NCBI GenBank assembly: GCA_963700285.1
Contig: CAVOXA010000010.1
Span: 1 to 64,000 of the forward strand
DNA length: 64,000 bases
Direction: 5' to 3'
Origin: an uncultured Chloroflexia bacterium
Lineage (GTDB): Bacteria; Chloroflexota; Anaerolineae; JAAYZQ01
A program made the translations under genes and the position numbers. The notes beneath the pieces are model-generated. The model was not told the DNA's origin. It worked only from the letters and a program-made list of their open reading frames with translations, and searched no databases. Position 1 is the stretch's first letter; each line of letters starts with the position of its first letter. Below are positions 9,016 through 19,199 of this stretch, piece by piece.

Positions 9016-9432
9016 ATGGCAACGTTGAGTCTAGATGCTGATCTTGCCCAGTTGACGACGGTCCGCGAATTCGTATCCCGTTCTGGACGCGAACTGGAGC
9101 TAGACGAGCGGACGATCTACGATCTGCAACTGGCCGTGGATGAAGCCTGTACCAATGTAATCCAGCATGCGTATGCCGGCCGGGGAGGGGCGATGGAGGT
9201 AACCGTCGAGCCCGACGAGGGCGGTGTACGTGTGACCGTGCGCGACTGGGGCGAACCATTTGAGTTCCAAAAGGTCCCCGAGCCGAATGTGGCAACCCCT
9301 CTGGAACAACGACAGCTTGGTGGGCTCGGCCTGTTCCTCATGCACCAGGTGATGGATGACGTTCTCTTTGACTTTGATGCGGAGCAAGGCAATACGTTGA
9401 CGATGGTGAAGCGAAACAGGAGAGAGAGGTGA
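9016..9432 (+). CDS. Anti-sigma regulatory factor, RsbW/SpoIIAB-like ATP-binding protein
   Basis: LAVDEACTNVIQHAY, VRDWG, GGLGLFL...MD, GNTLTM. Confidence 0.9.
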   Translation: MATLSLDADLAQLTTVREFVSRSGRELELDERTIYDLQLAVDEACTNVIQHAYAGRGGAMEVTVEPDEGGVRVTVRDWGEPFEFQKVPEPNVATPLEQRQLGGLGLFLMHQVMDDVLFDFDAEQGNTLTMVKRNRRER

Positions 9433-9435
9433 GTT

Positions 9436-9849
9436 ATGGAGATTACGGTAACCCAGGTCCAAGGCGCTTCGGTACCGGTCACGGTACTTGAAACACATGG
9501 GGATCTGGATGCCTCGAACTATCAGGATCTGATCACCAAGGCACAAGAAGCCTATGATGCTGGAGCCCGTGACCTGCTCCTGGATCTGAGCGACACGTCC
9601 TACATGAGCAGTTCTGGACTCGTAGCCCTGCAGACAGTCGCCTCGCTGTTGCGCGGAGAGGAATTGACAGAATCAGAAGAAGGTTGGGGAGCAATCCGTG
9701 CGATTGACCGGCACAGGGACTCTGGTCTCCAGCAGCATCTGAAACTGCTCAATCCTCAGCCCCGTGTAGCGCGCGTGCTGGACATGGTCGGCTTTACGCG
9801 ATTCCTCGAGGTCTACCCCGATCTGGAAGCCGCCATCGCCTCCTTCTGA
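9436..9849 (+). CDS. STAS-domain anti-sigma factor antagonist
   Basis: GDLDA, LLDLSDTSYMSSSGL (phosphorylatable Ser), LLNPQPRVARVLDMVGF. Confidence 0.88.
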   Translation: MEITVTQVQGASVPVTVLETHGDLDASNYQDLITKAQEAYDAGARDLLLDLSDTSYMSSSGLVALQTVASLLRGEELTESEEGWGAIRAIDRHRDSGLQQHLKLLNPQPRVARVLDMVGFTRFLEVYPDLEAAIASF

Positions 9850-10003
9850 CTGCGGATACCGTCAAAAGATGGTAGTCCCAGGTCGAGGAACGACAGTCCT
9901 GGCAGACAGTCCTGGGCCGCAGAGCGTTGCTCAGGTGGACGCCGGGCTTGTCGCCCAGCTTCGATGGAGGACCGACACTCCTGGCTGCCTGAGCGAAGGT
10001 ATG

Positions 10004-10030
10004 TGAACAATTGGGAACAAGAGAGCGTTA
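10004..10030 (+). promoter_or_regulatory. Putative ECF-sigma autoregulatory promoter
   Basis: TGAAC-17 bp-CGTTA ending 6 nt before the GTG start of the ECF sigma gene. Confidence 0.5.
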
Positions 10031-10036
10031 GTCAAG

Positions 10037-10657
10037 GTGGAATCATTGGCGAGGGCCGAGCAGATCAGCGTCGAGACGGAATCTTTGATCCTCCGTTATC
10101 AAAAGGGGGACGAGGATAGCATCGGAGCCCTGATGCGGCGCCATCAAAACTATGTGTACCGCCTCTGCTATCTGGTCATGCGCAACGAACAAGACGCGGA
10201 AGACATGACACAGGAGACCTTTGTCCGCGCCTTCCAGGCCCTGCCACGGTATGAAATCCGTGAGGGTATCAGTTTTGAAGCCTGGTTGTACCGCATCGCC
10301 GTCAATCGCTGCCGGTCGCGGATGCGGCGCAAATGGTACCGGGTCTTGCCCTGGCCTAACCCTGCGCCGCAGATCACAACAGAGCCGGAAACCCAACCAG
10401 ACCGTTTGGTGATGCAATACGAACAGCGCAGCGAGATCTTGGCAGCCATCAACAGCTTGGGCGACAAGCACCGGCTGGTCGTGATCCTGCGCTACTATGC
10501 CGGTTTTTCTAACGAGGAGATCGCTCATACGCTGCGTATCCCCTCGGGTACCGTGCGTTCGCGTCTGCACACCGCCCGCCGGCGCTTGAAGGCACTCCTG
10601 GCCGAACCAGAGGAAACAAGAGGACAGAAGATCGTGTCAAACCAGGTGGCGCCATGA
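10037..10657 (+). CDS. ECF RNA polymerase sigma factor (sigma70 family)
   Basis: DAEDMTQETF, FEAWLYRIAVN, LRYYAGFSNEEIAHTLRIPSGTVRSRLHTAR. Confidence 0.93.
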   Translation: MESLARAEQISVETESLILRYQKGDEDSIGALMRRHQNYVYRLCYLVMRNEQDAEDMTQETFVRAFQALPRYEIREGISFEAWLYRIAVNRCRSRMRRKWYRVLPWPNPAPQITTEPETQPDRLVMQYEQRSEILAAINSLGDKHRLVVILRYYAGFSNEEIAHTLRIPSGTVRSRLHTARRRLKALLAEPEETRGQKIVSNQVAP

Positions 10658-11397
10658 CCTGTGGTTCTGCCAGCTATCTCATTGACGACTTTCTGGGAGA
10701 TCAGCTCAGCCGGCGCGAACGCCAGCGACTTGAAAAGCATCTCTCCTCCTGCCCACACTGCGCCGAGTTATTGCGCCAACAGCTTGCATTTGAACGGCGC
10801 ATGCAGCAAGTACTGACCGCCTCAGTGCACCAATTTCAGTTGGCGCCCGATGCCAGCCGGGGGATGATCCAGGCGGTCGAAACTAGCCTCCAGCAGCAAG
10901 CTTGGCGGTTCAGAGTCTGGCCGATCGCCCGGGTGATGGCGGGAGCACTGGCTGCAGCCCTGCTCGTGCTTGGACTGCTTCTCCTGGCAGAACTCCTTCC
11001 TGTTCCGTTGATGGGCGGGCAGCGAGCAGCTCGCTCTCCTGCAAGCCGACCAGCCCTGTCGGTGGATCAGAGTAGCATCACTTTCGAACCGCACAACATG
11101 GTCCCCGGCGATCGATTCACGGTGACGGTTCCTATCGAAAGCAGCCTCCTGCAGGACATCGACAACATCCGCTGCGATTTGGAGATCAGCGGGCCGACGG
11201 GGCAATATCGTTTTGCCTTGTTCATGCAAGGTCCTCTGCCGGCGCGCGGTCTATCCGTCACCCAAGTGACACCCGAGCTATTGGCCAAAGCAAGCCAGGA
11301 CCAGTATCAGCTTTCGCCTGCCCAGATATTTGGCTTGCCAGGCACCTACACTTTTCGTGTCACTGTGTTCAGCCCCGTGGTTGCCTCCAGCCAGTGA
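10654..11397 (+). CDS. zf-HC2 zinc-binding anti-sigma factor with a TM helix and extracellular domain
   Basis: C...HLSSCPHC motif, central hydrophobic helix, ATGA overlap with the sigma gene. Confidence 0.85.
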   Translation: MTCGSASYLIDDFLGDQLSRRERQRLEKHLSSCPHCAELLRQQLAFERRMQQVLTASVHQFQLAPDASRGMIQAVETSLQQQAWRFRVWPIARVMAGALAAALLVLGLLLLAELLPVPLMGGQRAARSPASRPALSVDQSSITFEPHNMVPGDRFTVTVPIESSLLQDIDNIRCDLEISGPTGQYRFALFMQGPLPARGLSVTQVTPELLAKASQDQYQLSPAQIFGLPGTYTFRVTVFSPVVASSQ

Positions 11398-11558
11398 TCA
11401 AGCACACCCTACGTCCTGGCCTGCCTTTGCACACCCTGAGAGAAATGGCCCGCCCGCACACTGTACGGCCGTCCCCGGGACCTGCAAAAAAAAACTGGCG
11501 AGCCCGGGAACGTGCCGGGTATCGCGTCGTCTCATCGGCTCGATGCCTGCCCATTCTG

Positions 11559-12782
11559 ATGCTGTTGCTCCTCACGATAATCGCCTGCGGGCCCAGCAAG
11601 GGTAGCGGCGAGGAAGAGACTGCGACCCCAGCACCCGTTGAAGCCACCGAAGCCGCGTTTCTCACCCGGCTGCCCCCGCTCGAGACCGCCACGCCGCCTG
11701 TCCCTCTCGTCGACCTCAGGCTGGACGGGCAAGAACTATTTGTTGAACCGCTACCTCTGCGAGCGGGGTTCCCGTTCACCATCACGACCGTCATTCACAA
11801 CCATGGCGAGGTCCCGGCAGCCGGTGTGCCCTTGGTAGTCCACATTTCTGCCGATCAGGAAGAGCTGGGCTATACCTCCTTTCTGCAGATCATGACCGTG
11901 ACTGTACCTGCCAGCAGCTCCCTACCGGTGGAGCTGCCTGTTAGCTGGAACTTTGCCGGAGGCGCGCACCAACTCTGGGTACAGGTGAATCGCTTGCCCG
12001 AGGCATGGCAATCCCCCGCTTCGCTCCAACCCGAGGCCGAAAGCAACGACAACTTTGCCCTAATGACGCTGATGGTGGATCCCTTTGACACCTACTCTAG
12101 CGATCTTTGCCCGGGTCGAGTAGACGCAGAGATCACGCCTGCTGACGTGCTGCCTGAACCGGATCAGCAGCGTGTTCTAGTACGGGTACACAATCCTGGA
12201 AACCGCGCTCTCTATAACCTGCCCGTGGTCGTCACCGGCGATCGACTGACCGGTATCGCTTACACGCCGACGATTCCACCCTGCGGTGGGACTGCCGAGG
12301 TATTTGTGGACATTGACCACCCCTTCCAGCAGGGGGAATCGCTGACTGTCCAGATCAATCCCGAGGATTGGGCAAGCAGTCTGCTGGAAGATAACTATAC
12401 GAACAACCAGGTGTCGGTCACCGCGGGTCTGGCGCCTGGGATGCGAGTCCCGCCGGGCAGCGGCCTGGACGATTATGATTTCTCCATTACCACGGTCGAC
12501 ATCGAGACGCCCGAGGCGTGGATCGTCCTCGTCACCGTGCATAATCTGGGAACGCGCGACGCGGCCATGGTGCCCATCCGTGTCGAAAACGAGGCCGGTC
12601 GGCAGATCACAGACGCCATCCCCCTGGTCCAGGGCGATGGTCTGGGCATCGCAGCCATCCGTGTAGGCTATCTCTGGAACCCGGGCGGCACCCTCACTTT
12701 TACTGTTAACCCCATGGACGCAGACGATGCCTATCCTGAATCGAACCCGGACAATAATGTGGCGACCTTCAAGCTCCCCTAA
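11559..12782 (+). CDS. CARDB/Ig-like repeat lipoprotein (exact start uncertain)
   Basis: LLLLTIIAC lipobox; three Ig-like repeats with VHNxG...(E/D)N..NN motifs. Confidence 0.7.
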   Translation: MLLLLTIIACGPSKGSGEEETATPAPVEATEAAFLTRLPPLETATPPVPLVDLRLDGQELFVEPLPLRAGFPFTITTVIHNHGEVPAAGVPLVVHISADQEELGYTSFLQIMTVTVPASSSLPVELPVSWNFAGGAHQLWVQVNRLPEAWQSPASLQPEAESNDNFALMTLMVDPFDTYSSDLCPGRVDAEITPADVLPEPDQQRVLVRVHNPGNRALYNLPVVVTGDRLTGIAYTPTIPPCGGTAEVFVDIDHPFQQGESLTVQINPEDWASSLLEDNYTNNQVSVTAGLAPGMRVPPGSGLDDYDFSITTVDIETPEAWIVLVTVHNLGTRDAAMVPIRVENEAGRQITDAIPLVQGDGLGIAAIRVGYLWNPGGTLTFTVNPMDADDAYPESNPDNNVATFKLP

Positions 12783-13033
12783 GAGAGCGCTCTGTTTCTG
12801 TTATCCCCTGGCCTGGGGTGCTCCAGAGACATCTCGGACGATCAGGGCAACCTGGCGCCGAGACCCCCTCGGGAATCCGAAGCAGAACCGGAGTCAGGGA
12901 GGTGTAAAACGGCAATATCTGGGGCTGATAGCTCGCCGCAGCGCTGGGACGGCATCTGAAACGAAGAAGGGGCCAAGCCGGGGCAAAGGATTCCGGTAGG
13001 CTGATAGGACGAACACAAAGGAGAGAAACTGCA

Positions 13034-13210
13034 ATGGACTACAAGAATATTAGCCTGAGCCCGTTCCCACCACCGCCGCCACCACCAGGGCCACTACCAC
13101 CGCCTCCACCGCCACCAGGGCCGCCGTTTCCGCCACCGCCGGGACCACCGCCACCGCCACCGCCTCCACCAGGGCCGCCTCCGGGGCCACGGCCACCTGG
13201 TTCCCCTTGA
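13034..13210 (+). CDS. 58-aa polyproline microprotein (not in the ORF track)
   Basis: AAAGGAG RBS then MDYKNISLSPFPPPPPPPGPLPPPPPPPGPPFPPPPGPPPPPPPPPGPPPGPRPPGSP*; 38 of 58 residues are Pro. Confidence 0.55.
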   Translation: MDYKNISLSPFPPPPPPPGPLPPPPPPPGPPFPPPPGPPPPPPPPPGPPPGPRPPGSP

Positions 13211-13637
13211 ACCACGGGGATCTGCTGGCCGATCTGTGACTTGGAGCGACCATGTTGCCAATGCAACTGGAGGAATCTCGATGTATTAATAAAAAGTTAA
13301 CCGCAACACATAGAATGGCCTTCCACAGCCACGAACCGTCTGTGTAGCGAGTACGTCTATCAGCCGTAGGGTAGTCGTCAAGCGTCCATCCAGCACGACC
13401 TGCAGCTTTGTGGTATGATGTTTTCACCAAAAGGGGCATGGCCCATGGCGGGCGAGCAACCTCAGGGCCAGGAACTACACATGGGTAGGACCATCCGTCT
13501 GGAGGTCATCATGGGTCATGCTAGTTTTTGGTATCTCTTCTCCTCCTTTTGATTGAGAGCCAAGGGTACAGGGGCCACCCTTGGCTCTCCTGTTTGTCCA
13601 CCAAATTTCGCAAAAATGTCCAAGCCCGTGGTTACGC

Positions 13638-14981
13638 TCAGTTCAAAGGCTCAACAATTACATCATCGAAGGACATCACGCCTTCGCTCTCCTCACTGCC
13701 ATAGAGAGCTATTCCGATAGTTCCTTTCAGGAATATCGAGCCTACCGTGTCAGTATAGTCCACTGCCAGTTCGTCACCCACATAGCATTTGATGTGCGGC
13801 CCCTTGACCTCCACCACCATTTCGTACCACTGATCGTGCTTCAGGTCCTGGTTCAAGGAGACCTTTGCCAGCTCGTGGGGATTGGTAAAGTGGTAGTAGT
13901 ACTCGTCCTTTTCTGGGGGAGGACTACCGGGCTCGTCATAAGTCCGCATCGTGAAGAACTGTACCCTGTCCTTGTCGTCGTCGCGGATGAGTGCCTGGCA
14001 GTAGTAGCCCTCAAACCACTGGCCCTTGTTCCGCGACTCCTCAAAGTTTCCCCGAAACCAGAGACCAACCTTTTTGCCACTATGGGCGTTGAACCTGAGC
14101 CGGACCCGGTAGTCGGTCCACGCCTCGGCGCCCGGGGCCAGGACCATGGTGATGGCGTCCTCCGCGTTCTTTTTGCTGGTACCATGAGCCGAGTGGTGAA
14201 AAGCGTAGCCACCGTTACCCCCGTAGCCAGTCTGCGCGTCCCAGTACCACTGACCCTCCGCTAGCCGGCCCAGGTTCAGATACGGCGTCCACTTGCCTGC
14301 ACCAGCTTCAAAGTGATCCTCAAAAAGCACGCTTGGTGTTGGTGTAGCCGCTGGCCGCGGCGTGGGGGGAATCGGCGTGTTCGCTGGCACCGCAGAGGGG
14401 CTGGGCGTGACCGTGGGCAGTACGGCGGTCTCCGTAGGTTGGAGTTGGGGTGTTGCCGACGGGAGGGGCACCGCCGTTACCACAGTGGGCGTTTCTGTCG
14501 GCGGGATGGGTGTAGCCGATGGAGACGGAGGCGGGGTATCCGTGGGATAGGGTGTGGGCGTAGGAACCAGCGTGTCAGTAGGCGCCGGGGTCAGGGAAGC
14601 CACGTAGGCCACCACCTGCGGGCTGTTGACGCCCAAGCCATGGGCAAGTTCCACCAGAGCCATGATCTCTGCCGGGCTCCGCCCCTCGGACAGGTAACGG
14701 TCGATCAGGCCTGCCAGCCATTGACGGGTATTGGGCACATCCAGCTCATCCAGCGCCGCCCGGGCTTTTTCCAAGTCGCGGTCCTGGACATAGACGACCG
14801 CCACCTGGACGGTATACCCTTCTTTCGACTGGGCCGGCTGCTTGCTCCCTTGGGCGAGCAACAGACCAAGCCCCACAGTGACCACCAGACATAGGGCAAC
14901 GCCGAGCCCCCCAGCCAGGACGGCCCACTTGAACCATGGTTGATGCATTATCTTATCCTGCTCCTCAATGCCCTTTTCCAA
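13638..14981 (-). CDS. Membrane-anchored protein with Pro/Thr linker and a C-terminal DUF1080/concanavalin-like domain
   Basis: N-terminal TM helix, PT repeats, then LFEDHFE...WTDYRV...WYEMVVEVKGPHIKCYVG...GTIGI...FDDVIV. Confidence 0.75.
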   Translation of the reverse strand: MEKGIEEQDKIMHQPWFKWAVLAGGLGVALCLVVTVGLGLLLAQGSKQPAQSKEGYTVQVAVVYVQDRDLEKARAALDELDVPNTRQWLAGLIDRYLSEGRSPAEIMALVELAHGLGVNSPQVVAYVASLTPAPTDTLVPTPTPYPTDTPPPSPSATPIPPTETPTVVTAVPLPSATPQLQPTETAVLPTVTPSPSAVPANTPIPPTPRPAATPTPSVLFEDHFEAGAGKWTPYLNLGRLAEGQWYWDAQTGYGGNGGYAFHHSAHGTSKKNAEDAITMVLAPGAEAWTDYRVRLRFNAHSGKKVGLWFRGNFEESRNKGQWFEGYYCQALIRDDDKDRVQFFTMRTYDEPGSPPPEKDEYYYHFTNPHELAKVSLNQDLKHDQWYEMVVEVKGPHIKCYVGDELAVDYTDTVGSIFLKGTIGIALYGSEESEGVMSFDDVIVEPLN

Positions 14982-15132
14982 GACTACCTCGCATCTTTGC
15001 AGCTCTTTCGCCTACGTTCCACCAACTCTATGCTCGATAGTATAGAGCGGGATGCACTTCTCGTCAAGTCTCGAAGCGACGTCCAATTTGCCAATCCCGA
15101 AACCCCAGCTTGCCAGTTCCCCGATGCAAGGA

Positions 15133-15161
15133 TTGACAGCCCACTGGATGTACGGTAGAAT
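15133..15161 (+). promoter_or_regulatory. sigma70-type promoter of the MoxR operon
   Basis: TTGACA-17 bp-TAGAAT. Confidence 0.7.
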
Positions 15162-15219
15162 GGCCTCAGAGCTTATACTCTGCATTACAGGTGCCCGTCA
15201 GTTGGCCCGGAGAGAGCCC

Positions 15220-16203
15220 ATGAACCCTCAAGAGGTCCAGGAATTCGCCCAGACCCTGATTGACAACGTCGAACGTGTTATCGTTGGCAAGCGGGAGGCC
15301 ATCGAGATGGTCATGGTTGCCCTGCTGTGCGAGGGCCACGTGCTCATCGAGGATGTACCCGGCACAGGCAAGACAATGCTGGCACGCGCCGTGGCTGCAT
15401 CACTCGGCCTGTCTTTCAAGCGCCTGCAATGCACCCCAGACCTGTTGCCCAACGACATCACTGGCGTCTCGATCTTTAACCAGCGGAACAGCGAGTTCGA
15501 GTTCCGGCCCGGCCCGGCCTTTGTCCACATCCTGCTGGCCGACGAGGTAAATCGAGCAACTCCCCGCACCCAAAGCGCCCTGCTGGAGGCCATGGGAGAG
15601 GGACAGGTCACCGTCGACGGCGTGACCCACCCCCTCAACCAACCATTCCTGGTTTTGGCCACCCAAAACCCCATCGAGTACGAGGGCACTTTCCCCCTTC
15701 CTGAAGCTCAGCTAGACCGCTTCCTACTCAAACTGTCGTTGGGCTATCCCTCACCGGAAGACGAAAGCCAGATTCTCCTTAACCTGCAGCGGGAGCACCC
15801 CATCGCCAGCATCAACCAAGTCGTGGATGGCGCTCGGCTGCAGGAACTCCAGCGTGTGGTATGGGAAGTGTACGTCGACGACACCGTTCGGGACTATATC
15901 GTGCGTCTCGTCCACGCCACGCGCGGCCATGCCGACCTTGCGCTGGGAGCCAGCCCCCGGGGCAGCCTGGCCTTGTTCAAGACAGCCCAGGCCCTTGCCG
16001 CCCTCCGCGGGCGCGATTTCGTCCTACCCGACGACGTCAAGACCCTGGCGGCGCCAACGCTGGTTCACCGCCTCATCGTCCGCCCCGAAAGCGCCCTGCG
16101 GGGGCACTCGGCAGATCGCGTCCTAGGCCATTTGCTGCAAGCGACGCCACTGGACATCGGCGACCCTGCGGATCTAGCTGCTGCAAGCCCGAGCCTGGAA
16201 TAA
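15220..16203 (+). CDS. MoxR family AAA+ ATPase
   Basis: [61 protein letters not shown]. Confidence 0.95.
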   Translation: MNPQEVQEFAQTLIDNVERVIVGKREAIEMVMVALLCEGHVLIEDVPGTGKTMLARAVAASLGLSFKRLQCTPDLLPNDITGVSIFNQRNSEFEFRPGPAFVHILLADEVNRATPRTQSALLEAMGEGQVTVDGVTHPLNQPFLVLATQNPIEYEGTFPLPEAQLDRFLLKLSLGYPSPEDESQILLNLQREHPIASINQVVDGARLQELQRVVWEVYVDDTVRDYIVRLVHATRGHADLALGASPRGSLALFKTAQALAALRGRDFVLPDDVKTLAAPTLVHRLIVRPESALRGHSADRVLGHLLQATPLDIGDPADLAAASPSLE

Positions 16204-16233
16204 GCACCGGCCGGGGCGCCAGGAGGAGAGGAA

Positions 16234-17427
16234 ATGCGTGGGATCCTGCCATTCCTCGTTGTCCTGGTCGCCGTTGCCTTTTTCACCAAGGTAGATTTTT
16301 TCTTCTACCTCCTCTACACCCTCGTGGGTATCTATGTTCTGGGCCGGATGTGGGCCCGATGGTCTCTGGCAGCCGTGACCGTCCAACGACAGCACGATCA
16401 CCGGATCTTCTTTGAGCAGCCCTTCACTGTTCAGGTAAAGGTACACAATCGGGGGTGGCTGCCGGTACTCTGGCTACGCCTCAGCGAGAACCTGCCCGCA
16501 GAACTGGCGCCAGGTGGCCATTTCCGTCGCGTCATCTCCATCCTGCCCCGCGAGCAACTGAACTTGACCTACACCCTGAACGGCCGGCGCAGAGGCTACT
16601 ATCAGATCGGCCCCTTGGTCGTGCAGGGCGGCGATCTGCTGGGAACAACCACCTACGAACACAGATACAAGGACAGCGAGTCTGTCATTGTCTATCCCAA
16701 GATCATCGCGCTGCACGATCTGGGCTTTCCCTCGCAATCGCCCTTTGGCACCCTGCCTAGCCGAGAGCGCATCTTTGAGGATCCTACCCGCATCCAGGGA
16801 GTACGCGACTATCAACCTGGCGATTCGTTTCGCCGCATGGACTGGAAGTCCAGCGCCCGGATAAGGGCCCTACAGGTTCGGCGCTACGAACCAGCCATCG
16901 CCCTGGAAACCGCGACCTTTCTCAATCTCGACGCCGGCGACTATCACCAACCTGAGCGCCATCATGCTACCGAATTGGGCATCATCACTGCTGCGTCAAT
17001 AGCCGTCCACCTCGTTGAGAAGCGACAGGCAGTTGGACTGCTCACCAACGGCTATGATCCTTTGGCTGAGGACCCCCTTGCCGGATCCTTCCTGCCCCTG
17101 CGCAAGGGCAGCGCGCACCTGATGCACGTGCTCGACCTGCTGGCCCGTGTTGAAGTTGCCCCGGAGGGCAAGGCCCTGCCCTTTCTCGATCTCTTGACAC
17201 GCAAGAGTTTGGGCCTACCCTGGGGCAGTACCGTAGTCATTGTCACCGCCCGGGAGGTCGACGGACTGCTGGACACCCTCCTGGCACTCCGCCGCCGGGG
17301 CCTGGTTATCATCCTGGCCCTGACCTGCCAGGACCACGACTTCAAGCTCACTACCCGGCGGGCAAGCCAGATCGGAGTCCATACCTACCGCCTATGGTCC
17401 GAGCAGGATCTAGATATATGGCGATGA
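16234..17427 (+). CDS. DUF58 (vWA-associated) protein
   Basis: RRGYY, VYP, VRDYQPGDSFRRMDWKSSAR; typical MoxR neighbour. Confidence 0.88.
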   Translation: MRGILPFLVVLVAVAFFTKVDFFFYLLYTLVGIYVLGRMWARWSLAAVTVQRQHDHRIFFEQPFTVQVKVHNRGWLPVLWLRLSENLPAELAPGGHFRRVISILPREQLNLTYTLNGRRRGYYQIGPLVVQGGDLLGTTTYEHRYKDSESVIVYPKIIALHDLGFPSQSPFGTLPSRERIFEDPTRIQGVRDYQPGDSFRRMDWKSSARIRALQVRRYEPAIALETATFLNLDAGDYHQPERHHATELGIITAASIAVHLVEKRQAVGLLTNGYDPLAEDPLAGSFLPLRKGSAHLMHVLDLLARVEVAPEGKALPFLDLLTRKSLGLPWGSTVVIVTAREVDGLLDTLLALRRRGLVIILALTCQDHDFKLTTRRASQIGVHTYRLWSEQDLDIWR

Positions 17428-17545
17428 ATCCCATCTTTCCACGGGTTCTATCCTCACTTTTGGTGCTCACCTGGAGACGTGGCGGCTCTCAGGAGCCCAT
17501 CCGCCAATGGAGAGCCTGCGGGATGGTCTCCTCGTCCCCAGGCAC

Positions 17546-19157
17546 ATGGATAGGGTACTGTTGATGGTAGACCGGAGATCCGGCAATTGGTGGGTGGAGA
17601 ACTTGCTGCGTCCAACCCTGATCGCAGCTATGATGACCTGCCTGGCGGCCCCCCTTGTCACAGTCCTGGAATGGCTGCTACCGGGCTGGGATGGCACCTA
17701 CTTTTTGGTATTCTGCTTTTTTGCCGGGCTGGAGGGGATCCTGTCAGAACGCGCCTTAAGGAGACGGCGCATCAGCGGCTGGGAGTACCTCGCATCTCGG
17801 GCCGCAGAGTTGTTGGTTCTGCTCCTGCTTCTGAAGCTGGTCAATTATGTCCCACTGGGTGTGGATCGGCTCTGGGCCGATGCCCAGGCATGGACTTCCG
17901 ATCCCGGGCGCTTTGGGACTCCCGTTGACTTTCTCACCGCGTTGGTTCTTCTTCCCTTGTGGGCAGGAGCCCTCATGGTCGCCCGCCAGGTGAGCGAACT
18001 CGACGCTGACGAGGAAGCTCGCTCCCGCCCCACCAGACAAGACCTCCACAGAATACTATCTGTGGCTGACGCAGCCACCGCCGATCCGCCATCGCCAGGA
18101 GGCGCTCAGCGGGCTGGGCGAAGTGTTTCTGTGGGGCGGCATCATGCTCCTGGTCGCATCGGCCTTAATCTACGTCCTGTTGCCCATAGCCCCGGCTTCC
18201 GTACTTCCCACCCTGCTCTACTTTGCTCTGGGAGTGGCTCTGCTGAGCCAAGCTCGATTTAGCGTAACGCTCGCAGGGTGGCAGATACAAGGGATCCCCG
18301 TCCAGCGCGGCATCAGTCGCCGGTGGCTACTCTGGACCGTGATCTTTCTCATCGGCGTTGCGCTGGCGGCCAGGATGCTGCCTACCGAATATACAATGGG
18401 GCCGCTCTTGACCCTGCTCTACATCCTGGGCCTCATCGCCCAGGCCGTTATGGCCATCATCACCTTGATACCCTATCTGCTGGGCCTACTGCTGTCCCTC
18501 CTATTCCCGGACGTTGAACAGCCGGCCCAGCCCGCTACCCCACCGGAGTTGATGCCACCCCCCGCACCCTCAGCCTCTTCTTCGGCTTCTCCTCCATGGC
18601 TCGAAGTCCTGGTTTCTGCTTTCTTCTGGACCTTGATCTTCGCCATCGTGGGATATGCCCTCATACGCTTTGTCCGGGATCGACTTGGCCTGCTGGACAC
18701 CCCAGACGGTGCAGAAGACACCTGGCGGGGCCGCCTTCTGGCCTGGCTGCGGAGCCTGCGGACCTGGTGGCGGAACCTGGGCCAGGGTTTTCAGGACAGA
18801 CTAACCCGGCGGCGGGCCAGCCCGGATGGAGAACCACCCACACGCTCAATCCTATCCCGCTATTTCTCCTTGCGACGACTGTCCCCACAGGAACTGGTCC
18901 GCTACTACTACCTGTCTACCGCGAGACGGGCAACCCAGACAGGCCAACCTCGCTCCCCTGGGCAGACTCCGTACGAGTATCAGTCCAGCCTCAACGAGCG
19001 GGTTCCCGATCTGGAGCCCGATCTGACGGGCCTGACCGACGCCTTCATCCTGGCCCGATACAGCCCCCAGCCGGTGGAAAAAGAGGATGCCGAAGCGGTC
19101 AAACCACTCTGGCAACGCATCAAGACAGCGTTGCGCCGGCGGCGCACAGAACCCTGA
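17546..19157 (+). CDS. Polytopic membrane protein with a C-terminal DUF4129 domain; one frameshift near 18020
   Basis: ORFs 17507-18262 and 18123-19157 join into one frame (..APPDKTSTEYYLWL..); C-terminal YYL...QTPYEY...LTDAFILARYS. Confidence 0.75.
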
Positions 19158-19164
19158 ACAGGCC

Positions 19165-19193
19165 TTGCATCCCAGTGGCATCTCTGCTATACT
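19165..19193 (+). promoter_or_regulatory. sigma70-type promoter predicting a leaderless mRNA
   Basis: TTGCAT-17 bp-TATACT (with TG). The ATG starts 7 nt after the -10 box and there is no RBS. Confidence 0.55.
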
Positions 19194-19199
19194 CTGAAC

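Noticed and set aside
13039-13266. Minus-strand Gly-rich ORF
   Set aside because: TTG start with no RBS; it is the antisense shadow of the polyproline ORF, which has a clear RBS and ATG. Not fully excluded.
13260-13630. Tiny ORFs after GGAGG-like motifs (e.g. ATG TAT TAA near 13280)
   Set aside because: Too short and unsupported to distinguish from chance.
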